DNA of 64,000 nt from Pristiophorus japonicus (lineage: Eukaryota). Position numbers and translations under genes: made by a program. The stretch spans positions 4,464,001 through 4,528,000 of the forward strand of contig NW_027252668.1 in NCBI RefSeq assembly GCF_044704955.1, written 5' to 3'. Under the pieces are notes generated by a model. It searched no databases, had not been told where the DNA came from, and worked only from the letters and a program-made list of their open reading frames with translations. Positions 23,595 through 36,270 of this stretch are shown here, in pieces. Positions within the stretch are counted from its first letter, which is position 1; each line of letters starts with the position of its first letter.

Positions 23595-25720
23595 CATAGA
23601 AACATAGAAATTAGGTGCAGGAGCAGGCCATTCGGCCCCTCGAGCCTGCACCGCCATTCAATAAGATCATGGCTGATCTTTGAACCTCAGTACCCATTTC
23701 CTGCTTTCTCTCCATACCCCTTGATCCCTTTGGCCATAAGGGCCATATCTAACTCCCTTTTGAATATATCTAATGAACTGGCCTCAATAACTTTTTGCAG
23801 TAGAGAATTCCACAGGTTAACCACTCTGAGTGAAGAAGTTGCTCCTCATCTCAGTCTTAAATGGCTTACTAACCCTTATTCTTGGTTCTGGAACTCCCCA
23901 GCAATGGGAATATTCTTCCTGCCTCTAACCTGTCCAATCCCGTCAGAATTTTACATGTTTCTGTGAAATCCCCTCTCATTGTTCTAAACTCCAGTGGATA
24001 CAAGCCCAATTGATCCAGTCTCTCCTCATATGTCAGTCCTGCCATCCCAGGAATCAATCTGGTGAACCTTCGCTGTACTCCCTCAATAGCAAGACCATCC
24101 TTCCTCAGATTAGGGGACCAAAACTGAACACAATATTCCAGGTGAGGCCTCACCAAGGCCCTGTACAACTGTAGTAAGATCTCCCTGCTCCTATACTCAA
24201 ATCCTCTAGCTGTGAAGGCCAACATACCACTTGCCTTCTTCACCGCCTGCTGTACCTGCATGCCAAACTTCAATGACTGATGTACCATGACACCCAGGTC
24301 TCGTTGCATCTCCCCTTTTCCTAATCTGTCACCATTCAGATAATATTCTGACTTCTGTTTTTGCCACCAAAGTGGATAACCTCACATTTATCCACATTAC
24401 ACTGCATCTGCCATGTATTTGCCCACTCACCTAACCTGTCCAAGACACCCTGCAGCCTCTTAGCGTCCCCTCACAGCTCACACCGCCACCCAACTTAGTG
24501 TCATCTGCAAACTTGGAGATATTACATTCAATTCCTTCATCTAAATCATTGATGTATATTGTAAATAGCTGGGATCCCAGCACTGAACCAATGCATCCAC
24601 TATCTTTGTAGCCACTTCTTTTAAGACCCTAGGATGTAAGCCATCAGATCCAGGGGACTCGTCTGCCTTTAGTCCCATCACTTCATCGAGCACCACTTTA
24701 GTGACAGTGATTGTACTGAGCTCCTCTCTCCCCATAGTCCCTTGACTATCCACTATTGGGTCGTCTTCAGTATCCTCCACCATGAAGACTGACACAAAAT
24801 ATTTGTTCAACGTCTGCCATTTCCCTGTTCTCCAATATTAATTCCCCAGTCTCATCCTCTCGGGAACCAAAATTTACTTTAGCCACTCTTTTCCTTTTTA
24901 TATACCTGTAGAAACTCTTACTATCTATCTGTTTTTATGTTCCTTGCTAGTTTACTTTCATAATCTATCTTCCCTCTCTCTCATTTTTTTTAGTCGTTCT
25001 TTGCTGGCTTTTAAAAGTTTCTCAATCCTCTGGCCTCCCACTAGTCTTGGCCCTCGTTTTCAATTTGATACCATCCCTTATTTCGCCAAGGATGGTTATC
25101 TCTTCTCTTACAGTCTTTCCTTCTCATTGGGATATATTTTTTTGGCGAGTTATGGAATATCTCCTTAAATGTCTGCCACTGCTCATCAACCGTCCCATTT
25201 TTTTATCTATTTTCCCAGATCAATTTAGCCAACTCTATCCTCATACCTTTATAGTCTCCTTTATTTAAGCTTAGGACACTGGTTTGAGATCCAACTTTCT
25301 CACCCTCCAACTGAATTTGAAATTCAACCGTGCTATGGTCACTCATTCCTAGAGGATCCTTTACTGGAAGATCATTTATTAATCCTGTCTCATTATACAG
25401 TACCAGAGCTAAGATAGCCTGATCCCTGGTTGGTTCAAGGAAACTATCCCGAATACACTCTATGAACTCTTCCTCAAGGCTACCCTGGCCAATTTGCTTT
25501 GTCCAATCAATATGAAGGTTAAAATCACACATGTAAAAAAGGAACGACAATAATCAAGACTCCATTATTTCTTGATTTATACTCCATCCAACAGTGTAGC
25601 TACTGTTCATCTCCGGAATCAACCTCGTGAACCTTCTCTGACTGCCTCCAACGCAAGTATATCTCTCCTTAAATAAGGAGACCAAAACTGTACGCAGTTC
25701 TGGCCTTGCTAACGATGCCC
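23595..25720 (-). mobile_element. Composite CR1 fragments (RT 3' part 23595-24585; endonuclease/linker part beyond)
   Basis: QRDLGVMVHQSLK...; DFNLHIDW, EPTRDQAIL, LGMSDH endonuclease motifs. Confidence 0.87.
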
Positions 25721-26446
25721 ACATACCGTGAATAAATAAAATGTTTTAAATGCAAGATTGTTCACCCTTGATCGAGACTCCATCAGAGGAAATAGTTATT
25801 TTGTATCTACCCTATCAAATACTTCAACCGTCTAAACTCAAGGGAATGCACACTAAGTTTATGTAACCTTTCTTCATAATTTAACCCTTAAGCACGAGCA
25901 TCATTCTGGTGAATCTGTAATGTACCCATTCCAAAGCCAATATATCCTTCCCGAGTACAACGCTTCAGATAATGTCTGACCAAGGTCTGTACAACTGTTT
26001 CAATCTGTACTTGTCTGTTTCTGGTATGTGGGTGCATGGGGTTTATTCTGTACCTGTAGTTTGTGGCATGTAAGAGGAGGATTTAATCTGTATCTGTCAG
26101 TTTCTGGTATGTGAGTGTGGGGTTTAATCTGTACCTGTTAGTCTCTGTTATGGGAGTATGGGGTTTATTCTGTACCTGAAAGTTTCTGGTATGTGAGCAT
26201 GGTTTTCCTATCTAGCGGTCAGAATCTGGCATTTCAGTGTGGTCTTTAATCTGTACCTATCAGTGTTTGGTATAGGAGTGTGGGTTACATCTGTACCTGT
26301 CATTTTCTGGTATTTGAGTGTAGGTCTATTTGGTACCCGTCCGTTTCTGGTATGTGAGTGTGGGATTCAATCTGTACTTGTCCATTTCTGGTATGTGAGA
26401 GTGGGGTTTATTCTGTACTTGTCAGTTTCTGATGAGTGTGGTATTT

Positions 26447-27693
26447 CATAAGAACATAAGAATTAGGAACAGGAGTAGGCCATCTAGCCCCTCGAGCCTG
26501 CTCCGCCACTCAACGAGATCATGGCTGATCTGGCCATGGACTAAGCTCCACTTACCCGCCCGCTCACCATAAGCCTTAATTCCCTTATTGGTTAAAAATC
26601 TATCTATCTGTGATTTGAATACATTCAATGAGCTAGCCTCAACTGCTTCCCTGGGCAGAAAATTCCACAGATTCACAACCCTCTGGGAGAAGAAATTCCT
26701 TCTCAACTCGGTTTTAAATTGGCTCCTTTGTATTTTGAGGCTGTGCCCCCTAGTTCTAGTCTCCCCGACCAGTGGAAACAACCTCTCTGCCTCTATCTTG
26801 TCTATCCCCTCCATTATTTTAAATTTTTCTATAAGATCACCCCTCATCCTTCTGAACTCCAACGAGTAAAGACCCAGTCTACTCAATCTAGCATCATAAG
26901 GTAACCCTCTCATCTCCGGAATCAGCCTAGTGAATCATCTCTGTACCCGCTCCAAAGCCAGTATATCCTTCCTTAAGTAAGGTGACCAAAACTGCACGCA
27001 GTACTCCAGGTGCGGCCTCACCAATACCCTGTACAGTTGCAGTCGGTCCTCCCTGCTTTTGTACTCCATCCCTCTCGCAATGAAGGCCAACATTCCATTC
27101 GCCTTCCTGATTACCTGCTGCACCTGCAAACTAACTTTTTGGGATTCATGCACAAGGACCCCCAAGTCCCTCTGCACCGCAACATGTTGTAATTTCTCCC
27201 CATTCAAATAATATTCCCTTTTACTGTTTTTTTTTCCAAGGTGGATGACCTCACATTTTCCAACATTGTATTCCATCTGCCAAACCTTAGCCCATTCACT
27301 TACCCTCTCTAAATCTCTTTGCAGCCTCTCTGTATCGTCTACACAACCCGCTTTCCCACTAATCTTTGTGTCATCTGCAAATTTTGTTACACTACACTCT
27401 GTCCCCTCTTCCAGGTCATCTATGTATATTGTAAACAGTTGTGGTCCCAGCATCGATCCCTGTGGCACACCACTAACCACTGATTTCCAACCCGAAAAGG
27501 ACCCATTTATCCCGACTCTCTGCTTTCTGTTAGCCAGCCAATTCTCGATCCATGCTAATACATTTCCTCTGACTCCGCGTACCTTTATCTTCTGCAGCAA
27601 CCTTTTGTGTGGCACCTTATCGAATGCCTTTTAGAAATCTAAATACACCACATCCATCGGTACACCTCTATCCACCATGCTCGTTATATCCTC
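26447..27693 (-). mobile_element. CR1 3' fragment carrying an empty Tx1 target site (TTCATGCACAAGG, 27145-27157)
   Basis: ORFs 26935-27615 and 26446-26913; CATAAGAA tail; same subfamily as 6551-7245. Confidence 0.93.
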
Positions 27694-29780
27694 TATGTGA
27701 GTGTGGGGTTTAATATATACCTATCAGTTTCTGGTATGTGAGTGTGGGGTTTAATATATACCTATCAGTTTCTGGTATGCGAGTGTGGGGTTTAATCTGC
27801 ACCTGTCAGTTTCTGGTATATGAGTGTGTATTTTATCTGTCCCTGTCAATCTGTGGTATATAAGTGTGGGTTTAGAAACATAGAAACATAGAAAATAGGT
27901 GCAGGAGTAGGCCATTCGGCCCTTCCAGCCTGCACCGCCATTCAACGAGTTCATGGCTGAACATCCAACCTCAGTACCCCACTCCCGCCCTCCCGCCACA
28001 CCCCATAGAAACATAGAAAATAGGTGCAGGAGATTTGTATATGTCAGTTTCTGGTATATGAGTGTGTGATTTAATCTGTAGCTTTCAGTCTCTGCTATGT
28101 GAATGTGTGTTTTAATCTGTACAAGTAAGTTTCAGGTATGTGAGTGTGCGTTGCATCTGTACCTGTCAATTTCTGGTGTCTGAGAGTGGGTTTTAATCTG
28201 TACCTGTCAGTTTCTGGTAGATGAGTGTGGTGCTTAATCTGTACCTTCAATTTCTGGTATGAGTGTGTATTTTATCTGTCCGTCAATCTGTGGTATGAAT
28301 GTGGGTTTAATTTGTATATGTCAGTTTCTGGTATTTGACTGTGTTTTATCCTCTACCTGTCAGTTTCTGGATGTGAGTATGGGATTTATTCTGTACCTGT
28401 CAGTTTCTCGTATGTGAGTGTGGGGTTTAATCTATACCTTTTAGTCTCTGTTATGTGAATGTGTGTTTTAATCTGTAGAAGTTTCAGGTATGTGAGTGTG
28501 TCTTGCATCTATACCTGACAGTTTCTGGATGCGAGTGTGGGTTTTATTCTGTACCTATCAGTTTCTGGATGTGAGTGTGGGATTTATTCTGTACCTGTCA
28601 GTTTCTCGTATGTGAGTGTGGGGTTTAATCTGTACCTTTTAGTCTCCGTTATGTGAATGTGTGTTTTAATCTGTAGAAGTTTCAGGTATGTGAGTGTGTC
28701 TTGCATCTATACCTGACAGTTTCTGGATGTGAGTGTGGGTTTTATTCTGTACCGGTCAGTTTCTGGTACGTGTGTGTGGGTTCATTCTGTTCAAGTCAGT
28801 CTCTAATTTGCCAGTGTGGGTTTATTCAGTACTTGTCAGTTTCAGTTTTGAGTGTGTATTTTATTCTGTACCTGTCAATCTCGGATATGAGATATCTGAT
28901 ACCTTTCATTTTCTGTTTTGTGAGTTTTGATTTAAACATGTATCGGTCAGTTTCTGATATGTGAGTGTGCATTTAATCTGTACCTGTCAGTTTCTGGTTT
29001 AACCTGTACCTGTCAGCTTCTATGTATGATACATGAATGTATACTGTATGTGTCTCTGATATGCGAGTGCGTGTATATTTCTCTAACGATCAGATTTAGG
29101 TATGTGTGTGGGGGTTTAATCTGTGTCTCTCAGTTTCTGGTGTGTTACTCTGGGTTTAATCTGAACCTCTTCGTCCTGCAATTTGGGTCTGTGTTTTAGA
29201 CTGTATCTGTCAGTTCCTGCTATATGAGCGGGGATTTACTCTGTATCTGCCCGTCTCTGGTATGTGAACGTGAATATCTGTTTTATGTTCTCCCTGAATT
29301 TGTCTGATATGTGAGTAAAGGTTTTACCTTTCTGATAGGTGTGTGTGGGTTTCACTCTGCATCTGCCAGTTTATGAGATGGCAATATGTCTTTAGCTCAG
29401 AAACTGTCAAATTCTGCAATGCAAGTATCAGTTTTACTTTTTACCTCTGTTTTCTGACATGTGACTCTGGGATTTACAATCGACATGTCACTCTCTGGTG
29501 TGGAGTTTACTCTATATGTCACTTTCATCTATGTGGGTGTGGGTTGTATATTGTATCTGTCAGTCTATGGTACGGGAGTGTGGGTTTTATTCTGCACCTG
29601 TCATTTTCTGGTATGTTCGAGGTGGCTTAATACTGAATCTCTCCTTTCCTGATACGTGATTATTGATTTTGCTCTGTACCCGTCAACTTCTGATATACGA
29701 GTACAGTTTTTACTTTATAACTTCTAATTTAAGGGATGTGATTGTGTGTTTTATTCTCTAACTGCCTGTTTCTGGCAAGT
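27694..29780. repeat. 41-bp satellite array with CR1 3' tips inserted at 27873-28032
   Basis: ATGTGAGTGTGGGGTTTAATATATACCTATCAGTTTCTGGT period 41; CATAGAAA tails. Confidence 0.85.
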
Positions 29781-30612
29781 GAGTGCGGGTGTTTAATCTA
29801 CATGTCAGTTTGATCTGTTTCAATGGTGATTCTACTGCTCCATGTAAGATTCACAATGTAACTCTGGAAATTCGGATCACTGCGGGACTGACGGCTTCTG
29901 CTGCCTATGACAATAGGATTGAGACCAGTTTTGTGTCTCTGCGCTCTGTAAGTGATAATATACTTACTGTGAGTGAGAAGGAGCTGACAGCACTGTTCCT
30001 TGTGTTCCGGGTGGAGGAAAGATCACATTTATTCAGGCTCAGTGAAGTACTTCTCTCTGAGAGTAATAATACGAGAACAATGTATTAGTTATGATATGGA
30101 CAGGTGAGTGGGAGAATATAAAAAATAAAGTTATAATTAACATGTTTGTTTATAATAAAGTAAAGTATCTGGAGAGGGGAAACCACGATACAAACAGTGT
30201 CATTGTCTGACCTCACTGCAGTACAGTAGCACTGAGATTCTCCACATCTGGTGTGTAGGACAGTTCTATAGTAAGTTATCAGCATCCAGACACAACCCAA
30301 ACCCAGCACTGGTCCATGAATAGGACCACCCGATTGGAACAGTCCAGGTTTATATCTCCCACTCCCATGGGACTACTTGTAAAATTCTGAATCACTTCCA
30401 GGAACATAACCATAGTACCTGGGCTGTACAACAATTGTTTTCAGTCTATTGAAACCGAGGGCCTGTGTAGTTAACAGTATGTCACAGAGTCCGGATCCTG
30501 ATGTATCTGAGGGAGCGACAGGCTCTTGATCACCAGCAACACGGTTCTGGACAACTCACTGCACCAAAACAAAATAACCGATGCTTGAAATGTCTTCTCC
30601 CACACTCCTCAC

Positions 30613-30684
30613 CTGGTGTCTGCAATAGATGCACTTTGTGAAACTCCTCACAACCTCACCGTCAGGCTGTGTTTCCACTGTTCA
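30613..30684 (-). other. Candidate 72-nt non-coding exon (paralogs 37423-37494 and about 5630-5697)
   Basis: TGTTGTTCTTGGACAG acceptor and CAG/GTGAGG donor; donor deleted in the 5630 copy. Confidence 0.4.
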
Positions 30685-30814
30685 CTGTCCAAGAACAACA
30701 GACACGGTGAGATTGGAACTGAATCAGGAACATTCACTACTGATTTGGGGAAAGAAAGCAGCAATGATTTGAAAGAGCGAGGTGATTTGCTTTCACTGTT
30801 ACCTCACGCTGTAT

Positions 30815-31212
30815 ACACAACTATTTTAGTAAAACAATAAATCAAGTGCTCTCTTATTAAAGGGGCATTAAAACAGACAAATTAAACTTTGGTGTTAAAT
30901 GGATCTATTTAAAATTTGGTTCCCGGGGGTGATGATGCACTCCAGTCCCTCTGGCGCCCACCTCTCACGGAAGGCCACGAGCGTACCGGTGAACACCGCG
31001 TGCTCCATTTCCAGGGACACCCTGGCTCGAACATAACCGTGGAAGAGAGGCAGGCAGTCGGGCTGAACACTCCCTCGACCGCCCGCTGCCTGGACCGGTT
31101 AATGGCCACCTTGGCCATGCCCAGGAGCAGTCCTACGAGGAGGCCTTCCGATCTGCCTGCTCCCCTCCGCACAGAGGACCCAAAGATCAGGAGCAGGGGA
31201 CTGAAGTGCAAA
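30815..31212 (-). mobile_element. Older Tx1-related 3' fragment (paralog at about 37625-38022)
   Basis: LHFSPLLLIFG...GLLLGMAKVAINRSRQRAVEG similar to the C-terminus of the stacked element. Confidence 0.85.
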
Positions 31213-32114
31213 TGATTAACGAGTGTCATCCTTATGCAGGAACCACCAAGCAAACTCTACCAAGTAACGTTCATTGGTTCATGTGCAACGGCCTGTGGAG
31301 AACCATGAAATGCTACTGTAAGAACTGCTTACAACCAGAGTCATCAGAGGACCATTTTATCCTCAAGTAGAAAGTAAGAGACTGTCCACACACAGCCCGA
31401 GAATGGCCTCTCCCTTCCCTCACTCACTCCATGTTCCGGAACTAGTTCCTGCTCCACTCTGCCTCTGACAAACAAACAGCCCCCAACGGAACTAAACCAG
31501 GAACGTTCAGTCCTGGTTAGGAGAGAGAAAGCAGCAATGATTGTAAACAGCAGATTCTGTCCATTCTGTCTCCCTTCCCCCTGGACACACACTGTCCACA
31601 CACAGCCCGAGAATGGCCTCTCCCTCCCCCCACGGACTGACACTGCTTTTCTCTATATCTGTTATGGGAGTCTGGGTTTTATTCTCTCCTTGTTATGTTC
31701 TGATATGTTAGTGAGTGTCCTACCCTATAACTGCCAGTTTCTGCTGAATTGGAAGTTGTTTTTCCTTTGTATCTGTCAGTTTCAGGGATGGGCGAGATGT
31801 TATAACCCTGTTCCAGTCAATAACTGGTAAGTGAGGATGGTCTTTACTCTATCTGTCAGTATCTGCTATGTGAGTGTGGGTTTTACTTTGTACATGTCAC
31901 TTTCTGGTATGTGATTGGGTGATTTATTCTGCAAATGTTAATTTCAAGTAAGTGAGTTAGTAATTTACACTGTATGTATCTTTCGCTAGAACACGAATGT
32001 GGCATTTACTCTGTATCTGTCAGTATCTAAGTGCAGGTTTTATTTTATCTGTCAGTTTCTGGTATGTGAGATTCAATTTTATTTTGTATCTGCGTCTCTG
32101 GTATGGGAGTGTGG

Positions 32115-34265
32115 GCGGAGATAAGAAATAATAAGGAAAATAAGTCACTGGTGGGAGCGATCTATAGGCCCCTAACACTAGATACACTGTACCACAGACT
32201 ATAAATCAAGAAATAATGGAGGCTTGCAAGAAAGATATGACAATAATCATGGGTGATTTTAATCTTAATATTGATCGATAAATCAAATTGGTAAATGTAG
32301 TCCCGAGGAAGAGTTCATTGAGTGTATTCGGGTTGGTTTCTTAGAACAATACGTTGTGGAACCAACCAGGGAGCAGACTATTTTAGATTTGGTAATATGT
32401 AATGAGACTGAATTAATTAATAATCTCATACTAAAGGATACTCTTGGGAAGAGTAATCATAGCTTTTCAGAATCTCAAATTCAGTTTGAGGGTGAGAATC
32501 TCAAACTAGTGTCCTGAACTTAAATAAAGGCAATTACAAAGGTATGAAGGCAGAGTTGGCTAAAGTGGACTGCGAAAATAGACTAAAGGGTAAGATGTTA
32601 GATGAGCAGTGGCAAACATTTAAGGAGATATTTCATATCTGTCAACAAATATATATTCCAGTGAGAAAGAAGGACTCTAAGAGAAGGATGAACCATCCAT
32701 GGCTAACCGAGGAAGTAAAGGATGGTATCAAATTGAAAACAAAGGCATACAATGTTGCAAAGAATAATGGAAGGCCAGAGGATTGGAAAATTTTTAGAAA
32801 CCAGCAAAGGATGACTAAAAATACTAAAGAGAGAAGATAGATTACCAGAGTAAACTAGCAAGAATTATAAAAACAGACAGTAAGAGCTTCTACAGGTATA
32901 GCTACAGTAAAAGTTGGTCTCTTGGACAATGAGACTGGGCAGTTAATAATAAGAAACAGAGAAATGGCAGAGACTTGGAACAAATATTTTGTATTGTTTT
33001 TCATGGTAGAAGACACTAAAAGCATCCCAATAACTGATAATCAAGGGGCTATTTGGAGGGGGTAAACTTAAAGCAATCGTGATCACTAGATAAAAAGTAC
33101 TAGGCTAATTAATGGGTGTAAAGGTGGACAAGTCCCCTGGATCTGATGGCCTGCGTTCTAAGGTCTTAAAAGGCATGGATGCTGAGATATTGGATGCATT
33201 GATTGTAACCTTACCAAAATTGCCTGGATTCTGGAGAGGTCCCATCAAATTGGTAAACCGCAAACATAATGCCCCTATTTAAGAAAGGAGGGAGACAGAA
33301 AGCAGGAAACTATAGACCAGTTAGCCGAACTTCGGTCATTGGGAAAATGCTGCAGTCCATTATTAAGGAAGCAATAGCAGGACATTTAGAAAATCATAAT
33401 ACAGTCAAGCAGAGTCAGCATGGTTTAATAAAAGAGAAATCATGTTTGACAAATTTGCTGGAGTTCTTTGAGGATTTAATGAGCAGGGTAGATAAAGGGA
33501 AACCAGTAGATGTGGCGTACAGTGTATTTGGATTTCCAGTAGGCATTTGACAAGGTGCTACATAAAAGGTCACTGCACAAGATAAGCGCTCAGGGGTAAT
33601 ATATCAGCATGCAGAGAGGATTGGCTAAAGAATAAGTCGGGATAAACGGGTCATTTTCAGGTTGGCACACTGTGACTGTAACTAGTGGAGTGCCACAGGG
33701 ATCAGTGCTGGGGCCTCAACTTTTTATAATATATTAATTAATTAATTAATTGCATAATATTAATGACTTGGATAAAGGGACCGAGTGTAACGTAGCCAAA
33801 TTGCTGATGACAGAAAGGTTGATGGGAAAGCATATTGTGATGAGGTGGCAAAGAATTTGCAACAGGATATAGACAGGCTAAGTGAGTGGGCAAAAATTTG
33901 GCAGATGAAGTATAATGTTTGAAAATGTGAGGTTTTCCACTTTGGTGGGAAAAATAAAAAAGCAAATTATTATTTAAATGGGGAGAAATTATAAAATACT
34001 GAGGTACAGAGGGATCTGTGGTCCTTGTACATGAAACACAAAAAGTTAGTATGCAGGTACAGCAAGTAATTAGGAAGGCCAATGGAATGTTGGCATTTAT
34101 TGCAAAGGGGGATAGAGTATAAAAGCAGAGCAGTGCTGCTACAACTGTACAGGGCATTGGTGAGACCACACCTGAAATACTGCGTACAGTTTTGGTCTTA
34201 TTTAAGGAGGGATATACCTCCATTAGAGGCAGTTCAGAGAAGGTTCACGAGGTTGATTCCTGAGA
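32115..34265 (+). mobile_element. Decayed CR1 ORF2 (endonuclease to RT)
   Basis: YRP, MGDFN, HPWLTEEVK, GNYRPVS, LVRPHLKYCVQFW with many frameshifts. Confidence 0.88.
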
Positions 34266-34739
34266 TGCTGTTATTGTGAGGGATTTGAATGTCTCAGTAA
34301 ACACATCACAGAAAGTTAATTTGCAGGAACAGGAAGCAATCAGGAAGCTAAAAGTTTTGGGCCTATACCCTTGGAGATGAGAAGTATGAGAGGTGATCTC
34401 AATGAAACATCAGATTCTGAGGGGGATTTACAGGTAGATGCTGAGATGCTGCTTCCCCTGGCTGGAGTGTAGAACTAGGAGCATTAGACTCACGATAAGG
34501 GCTCGGCCATTTAGGACTGAGATGAGGAGACACTTGTTCACTCAGAGGGGTGTGAATCTTTGGAATTCTCTACTGCAGAGGGCTGCGGATGCTCAGTCGA
34601 TGACTGTATTCGAGACTGAGATCTGGAGGTTTTTGGGCACTCAGGGTTATGGGGATAAGGTGGGTAAATGTAGCCGAGATGGAAATTCAGTTCAGGTATT
34701 ATTGAAAGATAGAGCTGGCTCGAGGGGCTGTATGACCCT

Positions 34740-36270
34740 TATTTCTTACTTTATTTTAGCTGTCAATTTTTGGGTTGTGAATGTGGGTTTTAGTCTGTAT
34801 CTGTTAGACTCTTAGATGCGAGTGTGGGTTTTATTCTGTACTTGTCATTTTCTGGTATATATGAGTGTGGAGTTTAATCTATACCTATCACTTCTTGGTA
34901 TATATGTGTGGCTTACATCTATACGTGTCACTTTCTGGTATTTGAGTGTGGGTATCTATTCTGTACCTGAAAGTACCTGGTATATGAGTGTGGGGTATAA
35001 TCAGTACCCGTCAGTTATTGGCATGTGAATGTGGGTTTTACAAGTAAGTTTCAGGGTATGAGTGTGGGTTGCATCTGTACCTGTCAGTTTCTGGTAATAT
35101 GAGTGTATATTTTATCTGTCCCTGTTAATATGTGGTATATGAGTGTGGGTTTAATCTATATATCAGTTTCTGGTATTTGACTGTGTTTTATCCTGTACCT
35201 GTCAGTTTTTGGTATGTGAGTATGGGTGGTATTCTGTAACTGTCAGCTTCTGAGATGCAAGTGTGGGCTTAATCTATACCTGTCGGTTTCTAATATATGA
35301 GTGTTAATTTAATTTGTACTTGTCAGTTTCTGGTATGTGAGAGTGGGTTTCCATCTGTACATCTCAGATTCTGGTAGATGAGTCTGGTGCTTAATCTCTG
35401 CCAGTCAGTTTCTGATATATAAGGGTGTGTTTTATTCTGTACTTATCAGTCTATTGTATGTGAATGTGTGTTATAATCTGTACTTGTCAGTTTCTGGTAT
35501 GTGAGAGTGGGGTTTATTCTGTACCTGTCAGTTTCTCGTATCTGAGTGTGTGTTTTAATCTGTTCCTGTCAGTTTCTGGTATATGAGTATTGTTTTAATC
35601 TGTACTGGTCAGTTTCTGGTATGTGATTGTGGATTTTATTCTGAACCTGTCAGTTTCTGATATGTGAGTCTGGGTTTAATCTGTAACTGTCCGATTCTGG
35701 CTTATGAGTGGTAGTTTAACCTGTAACGGTCAGCTTTTATGTATGATACATGAATATGGGCTTTAAACTGTATGTGTCTCTGATATGCGAGTGTGTGTAT
35801 ATTTCTGTAACTGTCAGATTTAGGTATGTGTGTGGGGGTTTAATCTGTGCCTCTCAGTTTCTGGTGTGTTTGTCTGGGTTTAATCTGCACCTATTAGCTC
35901 CTGCAATTTGGGTGTATGTTTTAGACTGTACCTGTCAGTTCCTGCTATATGAGCGGGGATTTACTCTGTATCTGCCCGTCTCTGGTATGTGAACGTGAAT
36001 ATCTGTTTTATGTTCTACCTGAATTTGTCTGATATGTGAGTAAAGGTTTTACCTTTCTGATAGGTGTGTGTGGGTTTCACTCTGCATCTGTCATTTTCTG
36101 GTATATTCGAGATGGCTTAATACTGAATCTCTCCTTTCCTGATACGTGATTATTGCTTTTGCTCTGTACCCGTAGCTTCTGATATGAGGGTATTGTTTTT
36201 ACTTTCTAACTTATATATTAAGGCATGTGATTGTGAGTTTTATTCTCTACCTGCCAGTTTCTGGCAAGTG
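34740..36270. repeat. About 41-bp satellite array
   Basis: Same motif family; right part matches 29000-29780. Confidence 0.85.
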
